The notes under the pieces were generated by a model. That model was not told the origin of the DNA, did not search any database, and saw only the letters and a list, made by a program, of their open reading frames with translations. Shown one piece after another: positions 9,188-18,319 of a stretch of 64,000 nucleotides of DNA. Source of the DNA: a virus (Duplodnaviria > Caudoviricetes); IMG/VR virus record IMGVR_UViG_3300034410_000463, positions 1 to 64,000 of that record. One strand, written 5' to 3'. A program made the translations under genes and the position numbers. Position 1 is the first letter of the stretch; every line of letters begins with the position of its first letter.

Positions 9188-10024
9188 ATGAGTAATGAAA
9201 CACACTTAGACGCAGAATTTGAAGTAGTTGACGAAGAAAACAAAGTTATTAGGCACGTAGTTACAGACGTTTCCGAAAAGAAATGCTATGCGCTGCCACT
9301 GTCTCCTCAAGATCTCGTAGCAATTTATAAAGAAAAAGGCGAAGACCCAGATAACAAATTTGTTTTGTGGGTAAACTATGCTGAGTCGAGATTAAAATTA
9401 TCTCCTGCGCATATTATGATATATCTTGCGAATACTAATTTCTACGCAACTTTTTCTGCAGTAGATGAAGATCTACTTGTTGAATATATTAAAACAGACT
9501 TTCTAGTAGATGCTCCTATCCTTGCAAGAATCCTTACAAACATTATCAAAACAAAATATGGCCATGAGTTATCAGAATTAGAAATGCAACTGTATAACCT
9601 ATTTGACGAAAATCAAATCGCTGAGTTTATTGAAAATCAAGGAGAATTGCTCGACGATCTCATTGAAAACATTAAAGGTCTTATTCCTTTTGTTCTTCAA
9701 CACGCGTGGGATAATTTAAGCGATGAAGATAAAAAGACACACTATGACTTAGAAACAACTTTAAATGATATTACTGCAGTCGATAAACCAACAAAGTGTG
9801 GCCCAAATGTTGCTATGCTAGTTCAATGTGTTTGGGATATGTTTCTTGTTATAACTACTTATGAAGGAATAAGCGATAAGTATAATACTAACTTATACAA
9901 TGATAAACCAAAGTATAATGGCGCTGACTTATTCCTCATGCTAAACAATACTAATGTTATTCCAAACGTTCTTAGCTTTTTGCCACCAGGACTGCTCTTA
10001 CCAGATATCGAAAATCCGGCATAA
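9188..10024 (+). CDS. Hypothetical acidic protein in rSAM cluster
   Basis: 278-aa ORF, AAGGTGA RBS-like sequence upstream, tightly packed in the operon. Confidence 0.75.
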   Translation: MSNETHLDAEFEVVDEENKVIRHVVTDVSEKKCYALPLSPQDLVAIYKEKGEDPDNKFVLWVNYAESRLKLSPAHIMIYLANTNFYATFSAVDEDLLVEYIKTDFLVDAPILARILTNIIKTKYGHELSELEMQLYNLFDENQIAEFIENQGELLDDLIENIKGLIPFVLQHAWDNLSDEDKKTHYDLETTLNDITAVDKPTKCGPNVAMLVQCVWDMFLVITTYEGISDKYNTNLYNDKPKYNGADLFLMLNNTNVIPNVLSFLPPGLLLPDIENPA

Positions 10025-10029
10025 GTCTA

Positions 10030-11193
10030 ATGTCCATAATAAAGAATAATCTTTATCATGCGCTCACCACGGAAACAAAAACAAAACCAGTTTCAGCAGT
10101 AAAGTTACAACTAGATGTTCTTGATGGGTGCAAACACAAGTGCCCTGGTTGTTTTGTCCATCGCAGGGGAAACGCAAGCGACGAGCACCAATTTAAAGAT
10201 GCAATAAAATTTGTAGATGATATATCATCTCGTGGTATATTAATAGATGAAATTATTATTGGTCCAACTGATTTCTTATCTTCAGAAAACTTCTATGATG
10301 TAATGCCTCATTTGGTTGATATGATCAATGAGCATTCTCCAATACTTGCTTTTATAACAACTTTAATAGATGATAAGCTTGAGCCGTGGGTTAAATGGCT
10401 TGGTAAAAATATTAACTTAAATACTGAAATTGAAATAGGGATTGCAATTGATCCTTTTAAGTTTCAAAATCAAATTAATTACGCAGAAAACATTAAACGC
10501 AAGCTCAAATATATTAGTGATAATGTAGAACACGACGTCGTATATACATTTTTACTTAATATTAAAGACTATGGTTTAGATTATAAAAATTTGCACGATC
10601 AAGCAGTAAAAGAATTTACTACAACCATAGACTTTATCCCTTCAGTATCTCGATCAGCCAAACCTCATGTTACGCTCGCAACTATTGATAAGTTCAACGA
10701 ATATTTTGATATATTAGCGGCTGGAACACGAATTAATAATATTATGGTCGATCATTCACACGCTGGCATGAACTACACCGTTTTAAATTACAAGAAAGGC
10801 AATTGGTGGTTATCTCCATTCTTATATGAAAACATGGTCGTTGAAGATGATATATTTAAAATAGAATCATTTGATGATGTAGAACCAATCATGTCGTCAC
10901 AATTTAACAGAGCAAAAGGTACTGAGTGCGAAACCTGCCCAATGCTATTTTCCTGTTACAACCGAAAGATTATCCTATTAAGAGATTACCTTGGCGTAGA
11001 TCGCTGTATCGCACCTAAGGAAAATATGATAAATAATCTTTTTAACTACGACTCTGCTGCTAAAGAAATGTATAACTGGTCTGAATATACGCCAGAAGCT
11101 GATAAGAACGGATATCGTAAGAAGTTTACATTAGCTGATGACACCGATCAAGAAGAACTCGATAGAATAAAAGACATCTTTTTCACAAATTAA
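10030..11193 (+). CDS. Atypical radical SAM protein with C-terminal SPASM/twitch-like Cys cluster (paralogue 2)
   Basis: CKHKCPGC motif, IGPTDF shared with the 6894 gene, C-terminal CETCPMLFSC...C. Confidence 0.8.
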   Translation: MSIIKNNLYHALTTETKTKPVSAVKLQLDVLDGCKHKCPGCFVHRRGNASDEHQFKDAIKFVDDISSRGILIDEIIIGPTDFLSSENFYDVMPHLVDMINEHSPILAFITTLIDDKLEPWVKWLGKNINLNTEIEIGIAIDPFKFQNQINYAENIKRKLKYISDNVEHDVVYTFLLNIKDYGLDYKNLHDQAVKEFTTTIDFIPSVSRSAKPHVTLATIDKFNEYFDILAAGTRINNIMVDHSHAGMNYTVLNYKKGNWWLSPFLYENMVVEDDIFKIESFDDVEPIMSSQFNRAKGTECETCPMLFSCYNRKIILLRDYLGVDRCIAPKENMINNLFNYDSAAKEMYNWSEYTPEADKNGYRKKFTLADDTDQEELDRIKDIFFTN

Positions 11194-11196
11194 CTG

Positions 11197-11225
11197 TTTA
11201 CATTCCTTAAATTCTATGTTATAAT
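11197..11225 (+). promoter_or_regulatory. Sigma70-type promoter with extended -10 inside the rSAM cluster
   Basis: TTTACA-N17-TATAAT with TG at the extended -10 position, in the only intergenic gap of the cluster; GGAG RBS precedes ATG 11249. Confidence 0.7.
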
Positions 11226-11248
11226 ATAAATTATGATGGAGTAGTGCA

Positions 11249-11728
11249 ATGAACTTTTTAGAGTTTGAAGATTTTGTATTGAGCGAACAATGCTACAATA
11301 ACCACGACGTCTCATATATAGACTCAAAGGGTTTGCAGCATTATTTGTTCTACGATTCATTTTGGGAATACCAGCCCAAGATGTTAAGTCTGCTCATGAG
11401 CGACAATACGATTAAAGTCGAGCAGATGGAAAAGCATTATGGATATATAAATCAAACCGCTCATATTTTCTTTAATAAGACAAATGGGCCAACTTTTGAT
11501 GTTCATACAGATCCTGTAAAAGTTATCATAGAATGTTTAGATGGTACTAAGCATATGGAAATCGAAGGAAACGCAGTAGTATTGAAGCCCGGTGAGTCTG
11601 TAATAATACCGCCGAACACAGAGCACAGGGCACTAAATTATAAAAAGGCATTGATGGTGAGTTATGGCATTCGCGACACAGAAACACTTGATGGTTTACG
11701 TAAAAACAACGGAGACGTGCAATCTTAA
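11249..11728 (+). CDS. Cupin/JmjC-like Fe(II)/2OG oxygenase
   Basis: GPTFDVHTD (HxD) plus distal H in VLKPGESVIIPPNTEHRA, a typical cupin facial triad. Confidence 0.7.
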   Translation: MNFLEFEDFVLSEQCYNNHDVSYIDSKGLQHYLFYDSFWEYQPKMLSLLMSDNTIKVEQMEKHYGYINQTAHIFFNKTNGPTFDVHTDPVKVIIECLDGTKHMEIEGNAVVLKPGESVIIPPNTEHRALNYKKALMVSYGIRDTETLDGLRKNNGDVQS

Positions 11729-12698
11729 TTGCTCTCACTGTTTTACGTCAGGCAGCAAAGGTAGAAAAATATATTTTAAACCAAAGGAAACCGCTGATTG
11801 GTGTAATGGTTTAGATTCTGATACGTGCGATAAAGCTATACATTTTGAGTATCACGGTGGTGAACCGATGCTTGCTCCAATGGAAGATATTCTAGAGTTT
11901 TATAATATAACAAAAGAACATTGGGGTGATCGTTGTACTCATGGAATTACTTCCAATTTAGTATTTAAAATAAGAGACGAACATCTAAAATTCTTCGAAG
12001 AAAACATTGACTATATGGGTACTTCTTGGGATCCAAATATAAGATTTTCTAATGAGAAGCAAAGAAAACTTTGGGAAGATAATGTTAAGCTTTTAACTTC
12101 TCGTGGAATGAAAATTAAATGCTTTATTTCTGTATCTAAAGATGTTGTTAAAATGGATCCTCTTGAGATTGCTGATTATATGCATTCATTAGGTATATGG
12201 GATATTGCATACGAGCGTTTAACTCATAATGGTAACGCTACAATTAATCTTGATATATTCCCTCACAATCGAGAGCTCGATGATTTCTGGCTGCGCATGC
12301 ACGCAAGAACAAAAGGCCACCCAGTAAAAAATTCATTCCTAGAATCTGTATACGATAAATTTGATCACGGTGAAACGCGTAACGGAACATTCTGTAGAGA
12401 TTGTGAACAGAAGCTTCATACAATTAATGCCGACGGTACTATTGCTGGTTGTCCTAACTCTGCTCCTACAGATCATTATGGTCATATTAGCGAACCGGTT
12501 CCAAAGGTTCGTGGTTGTTATAAGCGTATGGAAATTATTGCTTCGGAATTACATGTGCGTGATATGAGATGCTATAGCTGTCCTGTATTCGATTTGTGTC
12601 ACTCTGACTGTCACCAATTGCAATGGATGGATGATGTATGTCCTGCTCCTAAGTCGTTAATGCTAAAGTTGGCGGAGGAAAAAAATTGGATCTCATAA
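11664..12698 (+). CDS. Radical SAM/SPASM domain protein
   Basis: CNLNCSHC, HGGEP, SPASM-like CRDC...GCP...CYSCPVFDLCHSDC...CP; the start may be ATG 11691. Confidence 0.9.
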   Translation: MAFATQKHLMVYVKTTETCNLNCSHCFTSGSKGRKIYFKPKETADWCNGLDSDTCDKAIHFEYHGGEPMLAPMEDILEFYNITKEHWGDRCTHGITSNLVFKIRDEHLKFFEENIDYMGTSWDPNIRFSNEKQRKLWEDNVKLLTSRGMKIKCFISVSKDVVKMDPLEIADYMHSLGIWDIAYERLTHNGNATINLDIFPHNRELDDFWLRMHARTKGHPVKNSFLESVYDKFDHGETRNGTFCRDCEQKLHTINADGTIAGCPNSAPTDHYGHISEPVPKVRGCYKRMEIIASELHVRDMRCYSCPVFDLCHSDCHQLQWMDDVCPAPKSLMLKLAEEKNWIS

Positions 12699-13753
12699 TT
12701 AAACCAACCGAAGCCTGCAACTTCAAATGTTCCTTTTGCTCTTCAACAGCGATCGATCCTGATAATGCGGGATTGCTTGATTTAGATTATATTTACAAAT
12801 TCTTAAAAAGATATCCTGATACAGAAACTATTATTGTAAACGGTGGTGATCCTCTAATGATTGATCCAAAATATTATTGGGATTTAATAGATCATTTAGA
12901 TGAGCATGGTTATAAGTCTTCTATTAGTTTTACTTCTAACCTTTGGCCATTTCTTGTAAAACCTGAAAAATGGAAAAAGCTATTTAACCACGAACGTATG
13001 GGTGTATGTACATCATTCCAATATGGTGGCGGTAGATTAAAAGGTGATTTCTCAGAATTTACTGAAGAAGATTTTTGGAAATGCTCAGACGCGATGTTAG
13101 AACACTGTGGATATAGGCCAGATTTTATTGCCGTTATTGTTGAAGAAAACTATGATAACGCAATTAAGAACGTAGAGCTTGCTAAGAAGATGGGTGTTGT
13201 GTGTAAATTAAATTATGCATTTGCATCGGGCGTACAAGACACTACGTTGCAGTTAAGTAAGATATATGAGCTGTACGTTAAAATAGAAGAAATGGGTCTT
13301 GGTGATTGGGAATATAATACTGTTCAAATGAGAAATAGGTTGAATGGTAATGCTACTACTTGTCCGCAAAATAGATTTTGTGATTCAGGTATTCGTGCGT
13401 TTAATCCTGGTGGTGACTATTATTCTTGTGGCTCATTTGCTGATGAAATGGATTATCCTATTAGCTTTAAAGAAGAAGTTGAAGAGCACGGCGAAACGCA
13501 ACTACCTTTAACAATGGATCCTAATATTCAATCAATGAAAATGGCTTGTTATACTTGTCCGATGTTTGAAATATGTAATGGTTGTAAAAAGACTATTCGT
13601 GATCATAAGAGACAAGGAATTGTGGAACAACATTGTAAGCACATGAAAACTTTAGCGCCACGCATATTAAAAATTAATGGCAAAGACGCAAGTTCAGTTA
13701 CGCCTTATGTTGACGAATCAGATCAAAATAAAATATCTGTCGCACAAATATGA
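12686..13753 (+). CDS. Radical SAM/SPASM domain protein
   Basis: IKPTEACNFKCSFC, NGGDP, C-terminal CP...C...SC...CYTCPMFEICNGC...C; TTG start behind GGAGG. Confidence 0.9.
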   Translation: MDLIIKPTEACNFKCSFCSSTAIDPDNAGLLDLDYIYKFLKRYPDTETIIVNGGDPLMIDPKYYWDLIDHLDEHGYKSSISFTSNLWPFLVKPEKWKKLFNHERMGVCTSFQYGGGRLKGDFSEFTEEDFWKCSDAMLEHCGYRPDFIAVIVEENYDNAIKNVELAKKMGVVCKLNYAFASGVQDTTLQLSKIYELYVKIEEMGLGDWEYNTVQMRNRLNGNATTCPQNRFCDSGIRAFNPGGDYYSCGSFADEMDYPISFKEEVEEHGETQLPLTMDPNIQSMKMACYTCPMFEICNGCKKTIRDHKRQGIVEQHCKHMKTLAPRILKINGKDASSVTPYVDESDQNKISVAQI

Positions 13754-14652
13754 ATATATCAATAAACCCTACATATTATTGTAACTTTCGTTGCGACTTT
13801 TGTTATCTAACCGAGGCTCAACTGGCTGATAGGAATAAGATTAGTCCTGAAAAATTAGATGAAGTACTCAGTAAAGTTACAGATCCAATAGACCATATTG
13901 ATTTATATGGTGGAGAAATATCTCTATTAACTGAAGAATATTTTTATGAAATAAAGAAAGTGATACGTAAGTACTATGACGGAAATATTAATATTAACAC
14001 TAATTTTAGTGCTTTGCCAAATTATTTTTATGATGACGATATTACTATTAGTGTGTCGTATGATTTTTCTGCTCGTGAAAAAGAGCAATTTGTTTTAAAT
14101 AACATGATGGCTTCGCAAAAGCCATTGTCTGTTTTAATTCTAGCATCTGAGAAGGTGTTAGCAACCGATGTAGAGTTCATGATCTTTACATTAAATATGT
14201 GTGCACAGGTACAGTCTGTAGAGATTAAACCCTACTCTACGAATCAGGCAAATGCTCACCCAGTGACACATCGAGACTTTGAAGAGCATATTAAGAAATG
14301 GATTGATGCAACAACAGAGAAAAGATTCCAATTTATAAACCAAGAGTTAATAGAAGATGCTCTTGATGGGAAGTACTCTGCGTTCAGCGACGACCACGTA
14401 TATATAACACCGAAGGGAAAGTTTGGCGTACTTGAATTTGATAAAGATGACCGAGAATATTTTAAAGAATATTCAACTTATCAAGAGTATAAACAATGGG
14501 CTGCACTTGAACCTATTAATAATGTATCTGATATATGCAGGGAATGTCCGTATTATGGCGGGTGTTTGACTGAACATTATAGATACGTAAAAGATTTAAA
14601 CAATAGTTGCAACGGATATAGGGGATTATTAGACTGGTATGATGGGAAATGA
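13750..14652 (+). CDS. Radical SAM protein with short C-terminal Cys cluster
   Basis: INPTYYCNFRCDFCY, YGGEI, C-terminal CRECPYYGGC...C. Confidence 0.88.
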   Translation: MNISINPTYYCNFRCDFCYLTEAQLADRNKISPEKLDEVLSKVTDPIDHIDLYGGEISLLTEEYFYEIKKVIRKYYDGNININTNFSALPNYFYDDDITISVSYDFSAREKEQFVLNNMMASQKPLSVLILASEKVLATDVEFMIFTLNMCAQVQSVEIKPYSTNQANAHPVTHRDFEEHIKKWIDATTEKRFQFINQELIEDALDGKYSAFSDDHVYITPKGKFGVLEFDKDDREYFKEYSTYQEYKQWAALEPINNVSDICRECPYYGGCLTEHYRYVKDLNNSCNGYRGLLDWYDGK

Positions 14653-14653
14653 T

Positions 14654-15049
14654 ATGAAAGACTGGAAAGCAAGCCAAATGGCGTTTCACACCGCTAACAA
14701 AAATTACAAGGACGATTTGACCGACGAGAAAATCGTTATTTCTGAAGATATCGTAGATGATGCACTCATGCATTTTGACCGATATATAGAAAACTGGGTT
14801 TATCCCGCAAAGTCATATGTAGTAGCAATATGCTATGCAAAATGGTTAGAACGAGACTTCGGAGAAGATTTCTACGATGTACTCGACGATGAGGAATTAT
14901 TGTTTGGAAATGATCCATACTTTGTTCCTTATTCAGAAGACGAACAAGTATATGATGCTATTTTAAGTGAACTCGATTTTCAGGAAGATCTAGGAATGGT
15001 TCCTGATATTTACGAGTATTATAGAGAGGAAATGTTTTTTGGGAGTTAA
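14654..15049 (+). CDS. Hypothetical acidic protein in rSAM cluster
   Basis: Asp/Glu/Tyr-rich ORF packed between two rSAM genes; likely start ATG 14654. Confidence 0.7.
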   Translation: MKDWKASQMAFHTANKNYKDDLTDEKIVISEDIVDDALMHFDRYIENWVYPAKSYVVAICYAKWLERDFGEDFYDVLDDEELLFGNDPYFVPYSEDEQVYDAILSELDFQEDLGMVPDIYEYYREEMFFGS

Positions 15050-15074
15050 ATTGACAGTAGGAGGCAATTTAATA

Positions 15075-16175
15075 ATGACCGATCGTCAGCAAAATAATGG
15101 GCTGGCGGTTGCGGCTGATCCTGCTGCTGATGAAGTGACTAAAATTATCCTTGAAGATAAACGTCCTGATATCGGTGAGATAGAGTTAACTCTATTTGAA
15201 AACTGTCATTTAAATTGTTTCTTTTGTCACCACGATAAACAATCAACAGTTGGTTTATCAAGAGAAGAAATATTTTCTAAACTCAGTCTCGTTGAAGACC
15301 ATTTAATTAAAATGAAAGGTCGAGCTGAGGTTGTTCAAATCAATATGGTCGGTGGAGAGTTATTCCAAGATAGAATATCTGAATGGGCTTATCCAGTTTA
15401 CTATGATTTCTTAATTGCTATTAAAGAATTATACGACAAATACGAACATAATATTAAAGTAGTATGGGTTACATCGTTTCAGTTTATTAAAAGAGAAGCA
15501 GTACAAAAGCTTATCGACGATTTAAACGCAGCCGATATTCCATCTTATATCATATGTTCATATGACTTTGATGGTAGACCTGTTAAAGGACCATATGGTA
15601 AGAATATAGAATACTTTGCAGATTATATTACATCGATTAATATGGTTGCAACTGTACCTTCTATTGAAAAGTTTATGGAAGACAAGGACGAGTATTTCCA
15701 TTATCTATATGAGAAGTTTGATAATTTCTACTTTGATGATTATATTCCTGATAAAGGCTTTGATCATTTAATACCAAGCGATAGTTTATATCTCGAGTTC
15801 TTAAAATTCGTATATCACAACTATCCTGATATTAATCCTATCAAAGATCTAATATATAAAGATAAGAACCATATGCATTGCTTGTCATTAAATAAGGTTA
15901 CGATCTTTCCAGATAATAGTACATCTAATTGTCGTTGGGATAGATATACTCCTGAAGATTTTAATACACCATTGCATAGAAAAGATAATGCGTCGATGAT
16001 GCAAGCTTATATGAATGAGCATGGTTGTTTATCATGTAGATGGTGGGATAAGTGTGGATTTAGATGTTATACACAATGGGACTGGAAAAATCGTGAACGT
16101 GATCTTCCTGATTGTATTATGAGAATGTGGTTTAATTATATGGAAAAAATAGAAAATGAAAAAAGTAAAGCTTGA
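15075..16175 (+). CDS. Radical SAM protein with C-terminal Cys cluster
   Basis: CHLNCFFC, VGGEL, C-terminal CLSCRWWDKCGFRC...C; AGGAGG RBS supports ATG 15075. Confidence 0.88.
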   Translation: MTDRQQNNGLAVAADPAADEVTKIILEDKRPDIGEIELTLFENCHLNCFFCHHDKQSTVGLSREEIFSKLSLVEDHLIKMKGRAEVVQINMVGGELFQDRISEWAYPVYYDFLIAIKELYDKYEHNIKVVWVTSFQFIKREAVQKLIDDLNAADIPSYIICSYDFDGRPVKGPYGKNIEYFADYITSINMVATVPSIEKFMEDKDEYFHYLYEKFDNFYFDDYIPDKGFDHLIPSDSLYLEFLKFVYHNYPDINPIKDLIYKDKNHMHCLSLNKVTIFPDNSTSNCRWDRYTPEDFNTPLHRKDNASMMQAYMNEHGCLSCRWWDKCGFRCYTQWDWKNRERDLPDCIMRMWFNYMEKIENEKSKA

Positions 16176-16860
16176 TTGCTATACATTTGATAAAAATTTA
16201 CTTACACTGCAGCCGATAGTAAATAAAGTTAATAATCCATCTTGGTGGAGCAAACTTAAGAAATATTATGAGCACTTCGATGTAAGATCAGGAATAAAAA
16301 CACCGGTTCCAACTGTTAAAGTATGTCCTGGCGTTGCTGAATATATACGTGATCCAATACATCTTAAATTATGGACTGATATTATTTTCAAAGTAAAGCC
16401 TGACGGTAGAGTAACTTTCGTTGCTCCTGATTTTCGTCAGCGCCAACACATGGACACCCACGCAAAGGAACAAACAGGAAAAGATTTATATCCAGGCAGA
16501 GCAACCGTAAAACTTGCAAATCCTTGGGTCGTGAAAGGATCCGACAGAACAAGATTTATGGTTACGGAAAACCATTATAATGAAGATTTAAGACAGCATG
16601 GAATTATGGTATCGCCAGGAATAATTAATTTTTATGATCAGCATTCACTTAATTTATTTTTAGTCTTTCCTTTGAAAGATGAAGAATATCAAGTTGAATT
16701 AAAATATGGAACTGTTCTAGCATCATTACACGCTATGACTGATAAGGAAGTTGTTGTAAATAATCATTATACAACACCAGACGAATATAACGATATGCAG
16801 AATATGTTTCCTAGTACATTTTTTGGTAGATATTATGCAAAAAGAAAGGTGACGAAATAA
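16156..16860 (+). CDS. Hypothetical protein
   Basis: 234-aa ORF overlapping the upstream gene and abutting the 2OG oxygenase; contains a KVCPG motif, function unknown. Confidence 0.7.
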   Translation: MKKVKLDCYTFDKNLLTLQPIVNKVNNPSWWSKLKKYYEHFDVRSGIKTPVPTVKVCPGVAEYIRDPIHLKLWTDIIFKVKPDGRVTFVAPDFRQRQHMDTHAKEQTGKDLYPGRATVKLANPWVVKGSDRTRFMVTENHYNEDLRQHGIMVSPGIINFYDQHSLNLFLVFPLKDEEYQVELKYGTVLASLHAMTDKEVVVNNHYTTPDEYNDMQNMFPSTFFGRYYAKRKVTK

Positions 16861-17427
16861 ATGGAATATAAAGATCTTTGGCCTACTGCGTTTGGCATGG
16901 GTAAATTTGAATGCCCTGAAATGCTAGATTATATTTTGACTAATTATGATTTAAATGATATGTCAAAAATGACTGAAGTTAATGGATTTAATCTATTTGA
17001 CCATGATCACCCAGCAATAGATACGTTTAAAAAGACGTGTATAGATAACTTTGATGAATACTTGCAGCGCAACTTAGGGAGACCTTTATCTGATTGGAGT
17101 GGCCACACCGTGAAGTCTTGGGTATCAGGGCATGGCTCAGGATATAATATGACTATACATAATCACGCAGGCGCTACTTTGTCTGCAGTGTACTATTTAC
17201 TAGCAGAGGAAAAACAATTTGGAGGAGAATGCGTATTCGATGATCCTAGAACAAATGCAAACCGAGGATATGACGAAAAGTTTAAGCCAATGTTTGAAAG
17301 ATTCACACATACGCCAGAAACTGGTGATTATTTAATATTTCCTAGCTTTACATATCATCACGTAAATCCCTATACTTCATCCTTACGGTTTTGTTTGCCT
17401 GTAGATTTGTTTCTAGACGATAACTAA
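16861..17427 (+). CDS. Putative 2OG-Fe(II) oxygenase (phage TIGR02466-like)
   Basis: IHNHAGATLSAVYYL and FPSFTYHHV motifs (HxH...H). Confidence 0.8.
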   Translation: MEYKDLWPTAFGMGKFECPEMLDYILTNYDLNDMSKMTEVNGFNLFDHDHPAIDTFKKTCIDNFDEYLQRNLGRPLSDWSGHTVKSWVSGHGSGYNMTIHNHAGATLSAVYYLLAEEKQFGGECVFDDPRTNANRGYDEKFKPMFERFTHTPETGDYLIFPSFTYHHVNPYTSSLRFCLPVDLFLDDN

Positions 17428-17431
17428 TTTA

Positions 17432-17439
17432 TATAAATA
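17432..17439 (+). promoter_or_regulatory. T4-type late promoter
   Basis: Exact intergenic TATAAATA. Confidence 0.75.
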
Positions 17440-17514
17440 AGATAAAGTTAGAATAGATAAATAACACCATAACCTATAACTATTATAGTTAATTTAACAA
17501 ATGGAGAAAAAATA

Positions 17515-17916
17515 ATGGCTCTTACACTAGAATATTCAGTTACTAGTCTTAAAGTAAAAGACGAAGTAAATGCTGATGGAGACACACTATCAAACGCAGT
17601 TGTACAAACATACTGGAAAGTTGTTGGTACTGACAATGGTGGAAACACTGCAGAATGGCAAGGTGCTACACCTTTTACTGCTGCTAATGTTCCTACTGGA
17701 AGCTTTACTGCTTTTGAAGACTTAACAGAAGAGACTGTCGTTGGATGGGTTCAAGCAATCGTTGATGGCGATGCTAGTTATAAAGAACACATTGAATCAC
17801 AATTGACTAAGCAAATTGAAGAAGAACTTACTACCGAACCTGCACTACCTTGGGCTGAAGATGTTACACCACCTCTCCCCGAAGATGCTGTTGACCCTGA
17901 AGAAGGCGGCGAGTAA
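17515..17916 (+). CDS. Small acidic tail-associated-type hypothetical protein
   Basis: GGAG RBS; VVQTYWKVVGTD...FTAFEDLTEETVVGWV; paralogue of the next gene. Confidence 0.7.
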   Translation: MALTLEYSVTSLKVKDEVNADGDTLSNAVVQTYWKVVGTDNGGNTAEWQGATPFTAANVPTGSFTAFEDLTEETVVGWVQAIVDGDASYKEHIESQLTKQIEEELTTEPALPWAEDVTPPLPEDAVDPEEGGE

Positions 17917-17945
17917 GTAATCAATTTTAATAAAGGATTCTTATC

Positions 17946-18272
17946 GTGAATTATACGTGGAAAATATCTAAGCTTGGCTTAACAGATAAACTCGGGACAG
18001 ATGATGTTCTGCTCGAGAATGCTATTGTTAATATCAAGTGGAAAAGAATCGCGACAGACGCAGATGGAATAAAAACAAGTTATGTTGGTAATACATCTTT
18101 AGATGCTGAAATGGCATCTTCAGATTTTATTGCGTTAAACGACGTAACCGCCGAGAATGTTACTAGTTGGCTTGAAGCAGCACTTACTGCTGCTGGCGTT
18201 GAAAACGTTGATAGAAAATTGGTAGCTAAAGTTGAACGAAAAAGGTTGCGTAATATCTCACCAAGCTGGTAG
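17946..18272 (+). CDS. Small tail-associated-type hypothetical protein
   Basis: GTG start after AAGGA; IVNIKWKRIATD...FIALNDVTAENVTSWL parallels the previous gene. Confidence 0.7.
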   Translation: MNYTWKISKLGLTDKLGTDDVLLENAIVNIKWKRIATDADGIKTSYVGNTSLDAEMASSDFIALNDVTAENVTSWLEAALTAAGVENVDRKLVAKVERKRLRNISPSW

Positions 18273-18319
18273 AGATAAATAAAGTTAAATAAACAATCTT
18301 TTTATATTATGGAGGTGAC

